DNA from: Terriglobia bacterium
Lineage (GTDB): Bacteria; Acidobacteriota; Polarisedimenticolia; Polarisedimenticolales; JAIQFR01
DNA length: 64,000 bases
Direction of reading: 5' to 3'
NCBI GenBank assembly: GCA_963748015.1
Contig: CAVVHE010000009.1
Location: 416,001 to 480,000, forward strand
Position 1 is the first letter of the stretch. Each line of letters starts with the position of its first letter. The notes beneath the pieces were generated by a model. It did no database searches. It was not told where the DNA came from and saw nothing but the letters and a program-made list of their open reading frames with translations. Positions 41,059 through 50,151 of this stretch are shown here, piece by piece. Both the position numbers and the translations under genes were made by a program.

Positions 41059-42678
41059 TCACTCGTAATGCTTCACCTCCGGCCAGAGGTCCTTGATCTT
41101 CACCTTCGGGCCGCGGACGATCCAGATCGGCATCCGGTTGCGCCAGGGCATGCACATCCCGCATTCGTGGATGCCCGCCGGCTCCACTTGCTCGAACAGC
41201 TCGCCGAGGCGGCGCTCGTCGTCGCCGAGGACGATCGCGACGTCCACCGGGCCGGGCGGCGGGCCCCAGAGGTAGTAGTTGTTCTGGCCGCAGTAGACCG
41301 GCGGGATCCCGCGCCCCCGGCCGAGCCACTCGAGCGCCCCGGCCGGGCCGTACTCTTGCGCGAACGCCACCGCGCGCTGCCGCTCTCCCGGCGTCAGCCT
41401 CGCCGCCGCCGCGGCGACGTCGTCCACGAGCCGCTCCCAGCCGAGGCGGTCGGCGAAGTACTGCGGGATCGGCGTGCGCTTCCCCTCGCCGCGCTCGAGC
41501 TGCGGCGTGCCGCCGATGAGCGTCATGTAGCGCGCGAGCGTCTCGGGAGGGAGGATCGGGAGCCCCATCGGCGCCAAAGCGAGCCCCCACGCCGCGAGCC
41601 ACGCCGGTACCGCCACGCGTGCCCATCTCCATCGAGGGGCACGTAACGCGGCGTCCAGCGCCGCGCCGCCCGCGGCGAAGAGGACCGGGTAGATCGCGGC
41701 GATCCGGTCCGGCCGGCTCTTCTGCCCCACGATCATCAGCGCGAGGAGCGCGACGAAGATCCAAGCGACGTGGCGCAGGGAGGCACCGTCGCGCCGCCGC
41801 CAGAGGAGGACGAGCCCCGCGAGCCAGACCGGCAAGGTGCCCGGGCTCGTGACCTGGAGCTGCTGGAACAGCACTCGCAGCGGGGGTGTCGGGACGTTCT
41901 TGTAGATGTCCGCGTTCCGGTAGAACTCGAGCGACGGCCAGCCGTGCGCCGCCTGCCAGATCACGTTCGGCAGCAGCAGCAGCGCGGCGATCGAAGCACC
42001 CAGCCACAGCCACCGGCCCGCGAGATGCCTCCGCGCCGGCGTCAGCACGAGCCCGACGGCGAGCCCCACGCCGAACAGCACGGTCGTGTGCTTGTTCTGG
42101 AGGCCGATCCCGGCGACGAGGCCGAAGAGGAGCCACAGGCGCGGCTCGCCGCGCAGCTCGATCTCGACGAGGATCGCGGCGAGGGCGAGCCAGACCAGCG
42201 GCTCGAAGGCGTTCATCGAGTAGAAGGTGAACAGGACGCCGAAGATCGGCGCCGCCAGGAGGGCCCCGCCGGCGAGCGCCTGCCCGAGCGGTCCCGCGCC
42301 GAGGCGCCGCGCGAGGCGGGCCGCGAGCCAGACCGTGAGCCCGCCCGCGAGCGCGGCGGGGATTCGCAGGGCCAGCCGGCCGTCTCCCAGCAGCGCGCGC
42401 GCGATGCGCAGGAGGAGGATGGACAGCGGCGGGTGGTCGACGTATCCCCAGTCGAGGCGGTTCGAGCACGCGACGTAGTACAGCTCGTCGATGAAGAACC
42501 CGTAGAACGGAGCGAGGGCCGCGCCCAGCCACACCGCGAACGCCGCGACGCCCGCGACCTCGGGCACACCGATGCGGCGCACGCTCGTCCCCGCCCCGCC
42601 GTCCCCCCACCTCATATCGGAATCATACCTCGCAACGCCGGGGCTTCGGCCGGGGGCGGGATCGCTCTCGGCGGCCAT
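41059..42678 (-). CDS. GT-C (PMT_2/ArnT-like) membrane glycosyltransferase
   Basis: YGFFIDELYY.AC, GYVDHPPL, SMNAFE, G.GLQNK, PN.IWQ; start uncertain. Confidence 0.88.
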   Translation of the reverse strand: MAAESDPAPGRSPGVARYDSDMRWGDGGAGTSVRRIGVPEVAGVAAFAVWLGAALAPFYGFFIDELYYVACSNRLDWGYVDHPPLSILLLRIARALLGDGRLALRIPAALAGGLTVWLAARLARRLGAGPLGQALAGGALLAAPIFGVLFTFYSMNAFEPLVWLALAAILVEIELRGEPRLWLLFGLVAGIGLQNKHTTVLFGVGLAVGLVLTPARRHLAGRWLWLGASIAALLLLPNVIWQAAHGWPSLEFYRNADIYKNVPTPPLRVLFQQLQVTSPGTLPVWLAGLVLLWRRRDGASLRHVAWIFVALLALMIVGQKSRPDRIAAIYPVLFAAGGAALDAALRAPRWRWARVAVPAWLAAWGLALAPMGLPILPPETLARYMTLIGGTPQLERGEGKRTPIPQYFADRLGWERLVDDVAAAAARLTPGERQRAVAFAQEYGPAGALEWLGRGRGIPPVYCGQNNYYLWGPPPGPVDVAIVLGDDERRLGELFEQVEPAGIHECGMCMPWRNRMPIWIVRGPKVKIKDLWPEVKHYE

Positions 42679-42812
42679 GAACGCCGCCCACGAGCGATCC
42701 CGCCCCGGCCTTTCGGTCGAGCGAGCCGCATGCGGCTTCTCGCGCGGGGACCCGAGGATCGGCGGTCGTGCCCGTATAATCGCCGCGGGTCCGAACCGCG
42801 CGGGGGCGAGTC

Positions 42813-43613
42813 ATGAGCACACGGGGTGACGACGGCATCGTGGCGAGGGTGGAGCGTCTCGAGCGCGAGAACCGCCGGCTGAAGCGGGTCCTGCTGGTTG
42901 GAGCCGTCGTCGCAGCCGCCGGGCTGATGCTGGCGCCGAGCCCGCCCAAGAAGAAGCCCCTCGAGACGGTGAAGGCGCGCGAGGTGCAGATCTTGGACGA
43001 TCAGGGAAACGCCCGCATCTCGATGAAGCTCGAGGCGAACGGCGACCCGGTCCTCGCGCTGACGGGCACGAAGGGGAGCGGGGCGCGCCTCGCGCTGATC
43101 GGGGACCGGCCGGTGCTGGCGCTGAGCGACGAGACGCGCGTGCGAGCGTCTCTTGAGATCACGAAGGACGGCGCGGGGCTCGATCTCGAGGACGCGGAGG
43201 GGAAGCGCAGCGCCAGCATGCAGGCGGGCGGCACGCTCGGGTTCCTGCTCGAGGACACGGGCGTCGGCAGGGCCGAGGGAGGGCTGGTGATCGGCGCCAT
43301 CGGGCCGGCGGTGGTCCTCTCGACGCCCGACGAGGCGGGGGTGACGGAGGTGTTGCTGCAGGCGTCGCGGGGAAGCGAGCCTCTCATCACGGCGAGCAGG
43401 GGACTGGCTGCCGCGAAGCTCGACGTCACTCGCGACGGCGGCCCCAGCGTCACCCTCTCCGACGCCGAGGGGCGCGATCGCGCGGTGCTCGGCGTGACGA
43501 AGCTCCAGGTCGAGAGGAAGAAGCGGGGGAAGGTCGTCGAGAAACAGCGCACCGATCCGTCGTCGCTCGTCCTGTTCGACGCCGAGGAAACGGTGATCTG
43601 GCGCGCTCCGTAG
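42813..43613 (+). CDS. Hypothetical membrane-anchored beta-repeat protein
   Basis: RVERLERENRRLK coiled coil, one TM helix, repeated L.D..G..R motifs, ends VIWRAP. Confidence 0.7.
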   Translation: MSTRGDDGIVARVERLERENRRLKRVLLVGAVVAAAGLMLAPSPPKKKPLETVKAREVQILDDQGNARISMKLEANGDPVLALTGTKGSGARLALIGDRPVLALSDETRVRASLEITKDGAGLDLEDAEGKRSASMQAGGTLGFLLEDTGVGRAEGGLVIGAIGPAVVLSTPDEAGVTEVLLQASRGSEPLITASRGLAAAKLDVTRDGGPSVTLSDAEGRDRAVLGVTKLQVERKKRGKVVEKQRTDPSSLVLFDAEETVIWRAP

Positions 43614-43625
43614 ACTTAGCGAGCG

Positions 43626-43704
43626 GCACGAGGGCCGATGGTGGGGTCGCCCACGACGGCCAGAAAAGGCCGTCTACGGGCGACCCCACCATCGGCCCTC
43701 GTGC
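43626..43704. repeat. Nested-hairpin palindromic repeat, copy C
   Basis: Perfect 27-bp outer stem; inner ACGGCC-AGAAAA-GGCCGT-CTAC (GTAG on minus strand). Confidence 0.85.
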
Positions 43705-43754
43705 GGGATCGCTTCGACCGCCGGAAAAGACCGACCAGGGGCAAGTCCAATAGC

Positions 43755-43821
43755 GGTCCTCGTGCGAGATCGCCCTCGGCGGCCAGAAGAGGCCGCCTAC
43801 GGGCGATCGTGCACGAGGACC
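43755..43821. repeat. Nested-hairpin palindromic repeat, copy D
   Basis: Outer GGTCCTCGTGC..GATCGCCC/GGGCGATC..GCACGAGGACC; inner GCGGCC-AGAAGA-GGCCGC-CTAC. Confidence 0.8.
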
Positions 43822-43832
43822 TTACGCGAGGC

Positions 43833-44852
43833 TCACGCCACTTCGGAGCCCCGGTTGCGCGAGAAGCGGCGCCGCATCAGGTACGAGGCCATGCGCGACT
43901 GGGTCGAGTCGCCCGCGCCGTGGCCGAGGTCCTCGGCGAGGCGGAACGCGCTGAGGTGCACGACGCGCCCGCTCTCGACGAGCGCCGCGCCGACGAGCCG
44001 CCTCCCCGAGATCCGCACGTCCTCTCCCATGGCGAGAGCCGGGAACGCCTCCATCCTAGCGTCGGCCAGCTCGTCCAGGAACGCGCGCGCCGCCTCGGAC
44101 GGCGGGACGGCGCTCGGCGCCTCCGCCGTCTCGACCGCGTCGAGGGCGTAGCTGCGGACGAGCTTGGCCATGAGGATGCCGAGCGTCTCGGGGTGGTCGA
44201 ACAGCTCCACCCCGGCGACGCGGCCGTCGAGCACGAACACCGCCCCCGCCTGCGCCTCCACGGGCCGCAGCGCGGCGACGTATCCCTCGAGATCGGCCGA
44301 CCTCTGGTGGTAGGCCTCCGCCATCGCGCTCGTCGGGCTCGAGACCCCCATCCTCGCGTGCTTCGCGTGGATGTCGCTCCAGATCGCGCCCTGGTCGGCG
44401 CGGCGCCCCTGCCCGCTCGACAGCGACGCGCTGACCTGCTCCACCTTGCGCGCGCGCCCCGAGTAGTAGATGAAGTCGGAGGAGCACTCGAACGCCCTCG
44501 AGCGCCCGGCCCACCGCCCCGCCTCGACGCACGAGACCGGGATGACGAGCGTCTTCCCTCCGGCGACCAGCAAAGTGAGGTTGAGGACGCGGTTCTGCTT
44601 CGCCCCCTTCAGCTCCTCGCCGTCCACGAGGAGCACCGGGTCGGACCCGTCGTTGGCGAACATCAGGTTGGGGACGCTTCCGGCTTCGCTGACCTCGGTG
44701 ACGCGCGCCGAGCCCGCCTTCAGCGCCTCCTCGAGCGTGCGGTACCCCCTCTCCCCCGGCGGCTTCCCGATGAGGGGGAAGACGGTCAGGTTGCGGTGGG
44801 TGACCGCGGGTCCGATGGTGAACGACCGAATCGCCTCACGAAGGGTCTCCAT
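43833..44852 (-). CDS. ARPP-1/DUF6569-like domain protein
   Basis: NLTVFPL, VTEVSE.GSVP.L, LVDGEEL.GAKQNR.LN, IPVSCVEAGRW, QGAIW, LVRSYALDA, VHLSAF. Confidence 0.82.
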   Translation of the reverse strand: METLREAIRSFTIGPAVTHRNLTVFPLIGKPPGERGYRTLEEALKAGSARVTEVSEAGSVPNLMFANDGSDPVLLVDGEELKGAKQNRVLNLTLLVAGGKTLVIPVSCVEAGRWAGRSRAFECSSDFIYYSGRARKVEQVSASLSSGQGRRADQGAIWSDIHAKHARMGVSSPTSAMAEAYHQRSADLEGYVAALRPVEAQAGAVFVLDGRVAGVELFDHPETLGILMAKLVRSYALDAVETAEAPSAVPPSEAARAFLDELADARMEAFPALAMGEDVRISGRRLVGAALVESGRVVHLSAFRLAEDLGHGAGDSTQSRMASYLMRRRFSRNRGSEVA

Positions 44853-44897
44853 ATCGAGCCTCCTCCTCGGGGCGGGATCTCCACAAAGGTGACCGAA

Positions 44898-45018
44898 TTA
44901 ACCCCGAGGTAAAAAGACCGGGAACACCACCGGCGGGCCCCAAGCGAAAAGCCGCCGAAAATGTTTGACTTTCGTCCCCCGTCGATGCAAATTTACAGTG
45001 GAGTTAAGAATGTGTCAA
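44898..45018. promoter_or_regulatory. Divergent control region with two TTTAC-N6-GTTAA boxes and a minus-strand sigma70-type promoter
   Basis: TTAAC-CCCGAG-GTAAA (44898-44913), TTTAC-AGTGGA-GTTAA (44992-45007); TTGACA(45018-13)-17-TAAATT(44995-90). Confidence 0.65.
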
Positions 45019-45070
45019 GTCGGCGCGGTCCTTTTTTTTACCGGTTAAGTCGACCGGATAGCCGCATACA

Positions 45071-46045
45071 ATGGCCCGGATGGACCCCGGTCAACCCAGA
45101 TCTCCTCGCAGGAGATCGTTCTCCGAGAGCAGCCTCCCGCTGCCCGAGCGAATTCGCCGCAGGCGCCTCTCGCTGAACCTCGCGGGACAGGAGCTGGCCG
45201 AGCGGGCGGGGGTGTCGCCGGCCTACATCTCGCTGATCGAGAAGGGCGTCAAGATCCCGAGCCAGGATGTCGCGGCGGCGATCGCGAAGGCGCTCAAGGA
45301 CGAGCCCGAGTTGTACCGCGCGTGGGCGCAGTCCGGGCGGACCGGGGACATGGAGACGGCCTGGGCGCAGCTGCACAACGCGCGGCGCTATTACCGGGAC
45401 GCGTCGCTGCGCCAAAGGCTGGCGAGCGGAGCGGATCTCCCGGAGAACGAACTGCCGCATGACGAATCCGCTCTCGAGAGCAACCGGCTCGAGGCCGAGC
45501 AGGACCGGGTAGAGCGAGTACGGATGGAGTCTGCGGACCGAGCCTTCCCGTCCACGGTTGGATCCTGGTTGGCCAAGGTCACCGGTATGCACGCGCGGCC
45601 GAGGCAGGAGACGGCACTCCTCGAGATCCCGGTGCTCGAGGACGGCGACGACCCCGGTCCCGGGCCGATCCATCCCGACGTCGTCGTGGACGTGCTGCGT
45701 CTCGACCCTCGACTCGTCGGCCGCGGCCTGCCCCTGCGTCCGTTCGCCTATCGCCTGGGCGAGGACACGATCGAGCGGGTGCGCGACCTGTTCCGGCCCG
45801 GGGACTGGGTCGTGCTCGACTCGCGCCCGGGAGAGTTGACCGCCGACCGGGTTCACGCGGTGCGGTTCATGGGCCGGGTCGTCCTGAGCCGCGTTCTCGC
45901 CAAGCGCGACTCGCTGCTGCTGCTCCCGAGCGAGGGGCGCAGCGACGTCCGCGTGCTGGACCTCGAGCCGGGAGAACTCGCGGACCGGTTCATCGTAGGA
46001 AATGTCGTGCTGACCGTCCGCGGGGAAGGCCCGCCGACCGACTGA
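45071..46045 (+). CDS. XRE/Cro-CI HTH regulator with S24/LexA-like C-terminal domain
   Basis: IRRRR..L.L..QELAERAGVSPAYISLIEKG...PS; C-terminal IPVL, PGDWVVLD, IVG.VV. Confidence 0.8.
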   Translation: MARMDPGQPRSPRRRSFSESSLPLPERIRRRRLSLNLAGQELAERAGVSPAYISLIEKGVKIPSQDVAAAIAKALKDEPELYRAWAQSGRTGDMETAWAQLHNARRYYRDASLRQRLASGADLPENELPHDESALESNRLEAEQDRVERVRMESADRAFPSTVGSWLAKVTGMHARPRQETALLEIPVLEDGDDPGPGPIHPDVVVDVLRLDPRLVGRGLPLRPFAYRLGEDTIERVRDLFRPGDWVVLDSRPGELTADRVHAVRFMGRVVLSRVLAKRDSLLLLPSEGRSDVRVLDLEPGELADRFIVGNVVLTVRGEGPPTD

Positions 46046-46068
46046 TCGCGGAAACGAGGAGGGGGAAG

Positions 46069-48141
46069 ATGCGAAGAGGAGCCGCCGTCGTCGCCGTTCT
46101 GCTGATGCTCGCGCCCGTCGCCGCCCTGGCGCAGGAGGCCGACCCGTACCTCTGGCTCGAGGAGGTGGACGGCGCCAAGGCCATCGCGTGGGTCAAGGAG
46201 CAGAACGCGAAGTCGCAGGCCGAGCTGCAGAAGGTCAAGGAGTACAAGGGCATCTTCGACAAGAGCCTCGAGATCTACGACTCGAAGGAGCGCATTCCCT
46301 CCCCCGACCTGATGGGGAAGTACGTCTACAACTTCTGGCAGGACAAGGTGCACGAGCGCGGGATCTGGCGCCGCACGACGGTCGCGTCGTATCGCGCGAA
46401 GGACCCCGCGTGGGAGACGGTCCTCGACCTCGACGCGCTGTCGAAGGCCGACAACGAGAAGTGGGTGTTCAAGGGAGCGGACTGCCTCGAGCCCGAGTAC
46501 AAGCGGTGCCTGATCGGCCTCTCGCGCGGCGGCGGCGACGCCGTCGTGACGCGCGAGTTCGACACCGAGGCGAAGGACTTCGTGAAGGGCGGCTTCACCC
46601 TCCCCGAGGCCAAGAGCAACGCGAGCTTCAAGGACCTCGACACGCTGTGGGTCGGGACCGACTTCGGCGCCGGCTCCCTGACCGCCTCCGGCTACCCGCG
46701 GATCGTCAAGCTGTGGAAGCGCGGCACGCCGCTTGCCGAAGCGCGCACGGTGTTCGAGGGGAAGAAGGAGGACGTCAACTCGCGCGGCGGCACCACGTTC
46801 ACCCCCGAGGGGCGCTACGACGTCGTCACGCAGACCCCCACGTTCTTCACCACGCGGGTCTTCCTGATGCTCGACAACCGCCTGGTGCGCCTGCCGATTC
46901 CCGAGGACGCCACGCTGCGGGGCATGTTCCGCGACCACGTCCTGTTCTCGCTGCGCACCGACTGGAAGGCGGGCGGGACGGCGTACCGACAGGGCTCGCT
47001 GCTGGCCGCGAAGCTCGACGACCTCCTCCAGAACCGCGAGGCCTTCACGGTCGTCTTCGAGCCGACCGACCGCGTGTCGCTGGGCGGGGTCGCGCGGACC
47101 AAGAACCTGATGCTGATGTCCACCCTCGACAACGTGCGCGGCAAGCTCTACCGCCTGACGCTGGACGGCGGCGCGTGGAAGAAGGAGGAGCTCCCTCTGC
47201 CCGGAGACGGCACCGTGCGCGTCGCCTCCACGAGCGACGAGACCGACCTGTTCTTCTTCGGCTACCAGGACTTCCTGACGCCGTCCTCGCTGTTCCTGGT
47301 GGACGGCGGCAAGTCCGAGATGGTGAAGTCGCTGCCGGCGTTCTTCAAGACGGAGGGGATGCGCACCGAGCAGTACGAGGCGACGTCGAAGGACGGCACC
47401 AAGATCCCGTACTTCGTCGTGCTCCCCAAGTCGTTCAAGGCCGACGGCAACGCCCCTACCCTGCTGTACGCGTACGGCGGCTTCGAGGCGCCCTCTCTGC
47501 CGAACTACAACGGCGCCCGCGGCGCGGCGTGGCAGGAGCGCGGCGGCGTCTTCGTCCTGGCCAACATCCGGGGCGGCGGCGAGTTCGGCCCGCGCTGGCA
47601 CCTGGCCGCGATGAAGGAGAACCGGATCAAGACCCACGAGGACTTCGTCGCGGTGGCCGAGGACCTGATCGCGCGCAAGATCACGACGCCGCGCCATCTC
47701 GGGATCATGGGCGGCTCGAACGGCGGCCTCCTCGTCGGCACCGCGTTCACGCTGCGCCCCGACCTCTTCGGCGCGGTCGTCTGCCAGGTGCCGCTCCTCG
47801 ACATGAAGCGCTACTCGCACCTGCTCGCCGGCGCGAGCTGGGTCGGCGAGTACGGCGACCCCGACAAGCCCGAGGACTGGGCCTACATGCAGACCTGGTC
47901 GCCCTACCAGGTCGTCAAGAAGGGCGAGAAGTACCCGAGGGTGTTCTTCTGGACGACCACGCGCGACGACCGCGTCCACCCCGGCCACGCCCGCAAGATG
48001 GTCGCGAAGATGGAGGGGATGGGCTACCCCGTCCTCTACTTCGAGAACATCGAGGGCGGCCACGGCAGCGGCGCCGTGAACACCCAGCGCGCGACCACGA
48101 CCGCGCTCGAGTACAGCTATCTGTGGATGATGTTGAGGTAG
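46069..48141 (+). CDS. Prolyl oligopeptidase (S9A), secreted
   Basis: DPYLWLE, SKDGTKIPYF, YGGF, NIRGGGEFG, GGSNGG (Ser), DDRVHP (Asp), GGHG (His). Confidence 0.95.
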   Translation: MRRGAAVVAVLLMLAPVAALAQEADPYLWLEEVDGAKAIAWVKEQNAKSQAELQKVKEYKGIFDKSLEIYDSKERIPSPDLMGKYVYNFWQDKVHERGIWRRTTVASYRAKDPAWETVLDLDALSKADNEKWVFKGADCLEPEYKRCLIGLSRGGGDAVVTREFDTEAKDFVKGGFTLPEAKSNASFKDLDTLWVGTDFGAGSLTASGYPRIVKLWKRGTPLAEARTVFEGKKEDVNSRGGTTFTPEGRYDVVTQTPTFFTTRVFLMLDNRLVRLPIPEDATLRGMFRDHVLFSLRTDWKAGGTAYRQGSLLAAKLDDLLQNREAFTVVFEPTDRVSLGGVARTKNLMLMSTLDNVRGKLYRLTLDGGAWKKEELPLPGDGTVRVASTSDETDLFFFGYQDFLTPSSLFLVDGGKSEMVKSLPAFFKTEGMRTEQYEATSKDGTKIPYFVVLPKSFKADGNAPTLLYAYGGFEAPSLPNYNGARGAAWQERGGVFVLANIRGGGEFGPRWHLAAMKENRIKTHEDFVAVAEDLIARKITTPRHLGIMGGSNGGLLVGTAFTLRPDLFGAVVCQVPLLDMKRYSHLLAGASWVGEYGDPDKPEDWAYMQTWSPYQVVKKGEKYPRVFFWTTTRDDRVHPGHARKMVAKMEGMGYPVLYFENIEGGHGSGAVNTQRATTTALEYSYLWMMLR

Positions 48142-48332
48142 GGGAGAGGCGGCCCGGTCCCTGGCGGGTCGGGCCGCGCCGCGTTCCATCCGCTCGATAG
48201 ACGGCCGCGCTCACCGGCCGGGGTTCCCTCCGCGCAACCCGGATGTGTGCGCCGACTGGTCGCGTTCGGGCGTTTCCGTCGATATTCGATCTCCGTGGCG
48301 CGCGAGGCCGCCGGGGCCTCCCGGCGGCGGTG

Positions 48333-48369
48333 TTGACGGAGGGACGCGACGTGAGTACATTGTGCTTAC
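48333..48369 (+). promoter_or_regulatory. Promoter/operator of the mazEF-like pair
   Basis: TTGACG-17-TACATT overlapped by imperfect IR GTGAGTACA-T-TGTGCTTAC. Confidence 0.6.
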
Positions 48370-48386
48370 ACCCGGAGACAGGATCC

Positions 48387-48638
48387 ATGAGGGCGCGTCT
48401 CGTCCGCATCGGAAACTCGCGAGGCGTCCGGCTCCCCAAGCCGGTGATCGAAGAGGCTGGGCTCTCGGAGGACGTGGAGATCCGCGTGAAGGACGGCGCG
48501 GTGGTCATCACGCCGGCCGCCCGCCCGCGCGCCGGCTGGGCCGACGCCGCCCGGCGGGCTCGCTCGCGTGAGGACGATCTCCCGCTCGAGGCTCCGACCC
48601 CGACCCGGTTCGACGACGAGGAATGGCGGTGGAGGTAG
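48387..48638 (+). CDS. mazE: AbrB/MazE-family antitoxin
   Basis: VRIGNSRGVRLPK..IEEAGL, PRAGW. Confidence 0.9.
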   Translation: MRARLVRIGNSRGVRLPKPVIEEAGLSEDVEIRVKDGAVVITPAARPRAGWADAARRARSREDDLPLEAPTPTRFDDEEWRWR

Positions 48639-48964
48639 GAACGGGCGTCCGCCGCGGCGAGGTGTTCCTCGTGAACCTCGCTCCCGCCCGCGGCGGCGAG
48701 ATCCGCAAGGCGCGGCCGTGCGTGGTCGTGTCCCCCGACGAGCTGAACGCCCACCTGCGCACGTTCCTCGTCGCCCCGATGACGACGGGCGGCCACCCTT
48801 ATCCGTTCAGGATCTCGTGCCGCTTCCAGGGGAAGGCCGGCGCCGTCGTCCTCGACCAGCTCCGCGCCGTGGACCGGGAGAGGCTGGCCAGGCGCCTCGG
48901 GAGGATCTCGCCCTCGACCCTCGCGCGGGCGCTCGCCGTGCTTCAGGAGATGTTCGCTCCCTAG
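48623..48964 (+). CDS. mazF: PemK/MazF-family toxin
   Basis: RGEVFLVNL.P..G.EI.K.RPCVVVSP, APMTT, DQLRAVD..RL. Confidence 0.92.
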   Translation: MAVEVGTGVRRGEVFLVNLAPARGGEIRKARPCVVVSPDELNAHLRTFLVAPMTTGGHPYPFRISCRFQGKAGAVVLDQLRAVDRERLARRLGRISPSTLARALAVLQEMFAP

Positions 48965-49034
48965 TCCGACGGCGAGCCCCGCCTCGAGGAGGTCCGCCGG
49001 CGGCTCGATCCTGCCGTGAACCCGGAGGTCGCCC

Positions 49035-49790
49035 ATGAGTGACGAAGCGAGCGCGCAGCGTCGATCGGGACGGACGCGAGCGATCCAATCCCTTCGCCGA
49101 ATCGTCAGGCTCTTCCGGAACAAGACGAAGCCCCACTACCCGAGGCTTCATCGCTGGCGGCGCGTGAGCGACGACGACGTCTGGAACCTCGTGATCGGCC
49201 AGGTGAGCGTGGTCGGAAGCGCCGCGTCCGGAGAGCGGCTGCTGTCGTCGAGGACGGCGATGAGCGCGCTCCGGTACCGGCGGCTCCTCCGGCTGAACGC
49301 CGCGGCGCGCACGCGCGAGATCCACCGCTTGCTCCGCGCCCACGGCGTGCGCTACGTGACCCTCGAGCCGGCGAAGTGCGCAAAGACCCGAGCCCTGGTC
49401 CGGAATTTCGCGCTCCTCGAGGAATACCCGGGCGGGCCGGCCGGTTACATCCGCCATCTAGCGGCCCTGCCCGGCGAGGAAGACCGTATCGCCCGCGTCT
49501 CGAAGGACCTCGCCTTCATCAAGCTCAAGGGCTCCCGCGACTTCCTGGCCGAGCTCGGTCTCGCGACGGACGTCATCGCGTTCGACGTCCGCGTGCTGGG
49601 GATCCTCCGGGCGCTGGGGTTGAAGCTCGCGCCGAACACGACGTCCAGCCGCAAGAGCTACGAGCGGCTGCAGGCGATGCTGCTGCGCGAGGTGTGCGCG
49701 CCCGAGGGCGTCACCGGCGTGGTCCTGGACCGCATCCTGTTCTGGAACGCGGCCGAGATTCATCGGGCGATCGAGCGCGGGGCGCTTTAG
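49035..49790 (+). CDS. HhH-superfamily DNA glycosylase-like protein (Ogg2-like)
   Basis: L.FIKLKGSRDFL.ELG...VIAFDVRVL.IL..LG ... Y......L ... LDRILFW resembles the HhH plus catalytic Asp layout. Confidence 0.6.
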   Translation: MSDEASAQRRSGRTRAIQSLRRIVRLFRNKTKPHYPRLHRWRRVSDDDVWNLVIGQVSVVGSAASGERLLSSRTAMSALRYRRLLRLNAAARTREIHRLLRAHGVRYVTLEPAKCAKTRALVRNFALLEEYPGGPAGYIRHLAALPGEEDRIARVSKDLAFIKLKGSRDFLAELGLATDVIAFDVRVLGILRALGLKLAPNTTSSRKSYERLQAMLLREVCAPEGVTGVVLDRILFWNAAEIHRAIERGAL

Positions 49791-49803
49791 GAAAACCCGG
49801 TAC

Positions 49804-49881
49804 CTCGCCGGCAAACGCGGGGACGACTTGGCGCCGGGCACGCTCAAGAGTATCTTCAGGCGCACGAGGCTGAAGCCGTGA
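49804..49881 (+). pseudogene. hicA: 3' remnant of a HicA toxin gene
   Basis: LAGKRGDDLAPGTLKSIFRRTRLKP* with stop overlapping the hicB GTG; N-terminal half (GSH motif) absent. Confidence 0.7.
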
Positions 49882-50090
49882 GATACCTCATCGTCATCGA
49901 AAAGAGCAAGGCCGGGTTTTCGGCGTACTCGCCCGACCTACCAGGCTGCGTCGCGACGGGGTCCACCAAGACTCGGGCCGAGAGGGCGATGCGAGAGGCG
50001 ATCAAGTTCCACCTGGAAGGGCTTCGGGCCGAAGGGCGGAGGGTCCCATCTCCTCGAAGCTCCTCGGCCTACGTCGAGTTTCCAGCCTGA
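49878..50090 (+). CDS. hicB: HicB-family antitoxin
   Basis: YLIVIEK...GFSAYSPDLPGCVATG.T......MREAI.FHLEG. Confidence 0.9.
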   Translation: MRYLIVIEKSKAGFSAYSPDLPGCVATGSTKTRAERAMREAIKFHLEGLRAEGRRVPSPRSSSAYVEFPA

Positions 50091-50151
50091 CCTTCGGGTG
50101 TATTGGCCTGGCCGCGAGCGCGGCCCGCTCACCGCGCCGATCCAGCGCGAA

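Noticed and set aside
43626..43821. CRISPR array
   Set aside because: Only two non-identical palindromes, no repeat-spacer periodicity, no cas genes
45071..46045. Prophage repressor marking a prophage
   Set aside because: No integrase, replication or structural phage genes nearby
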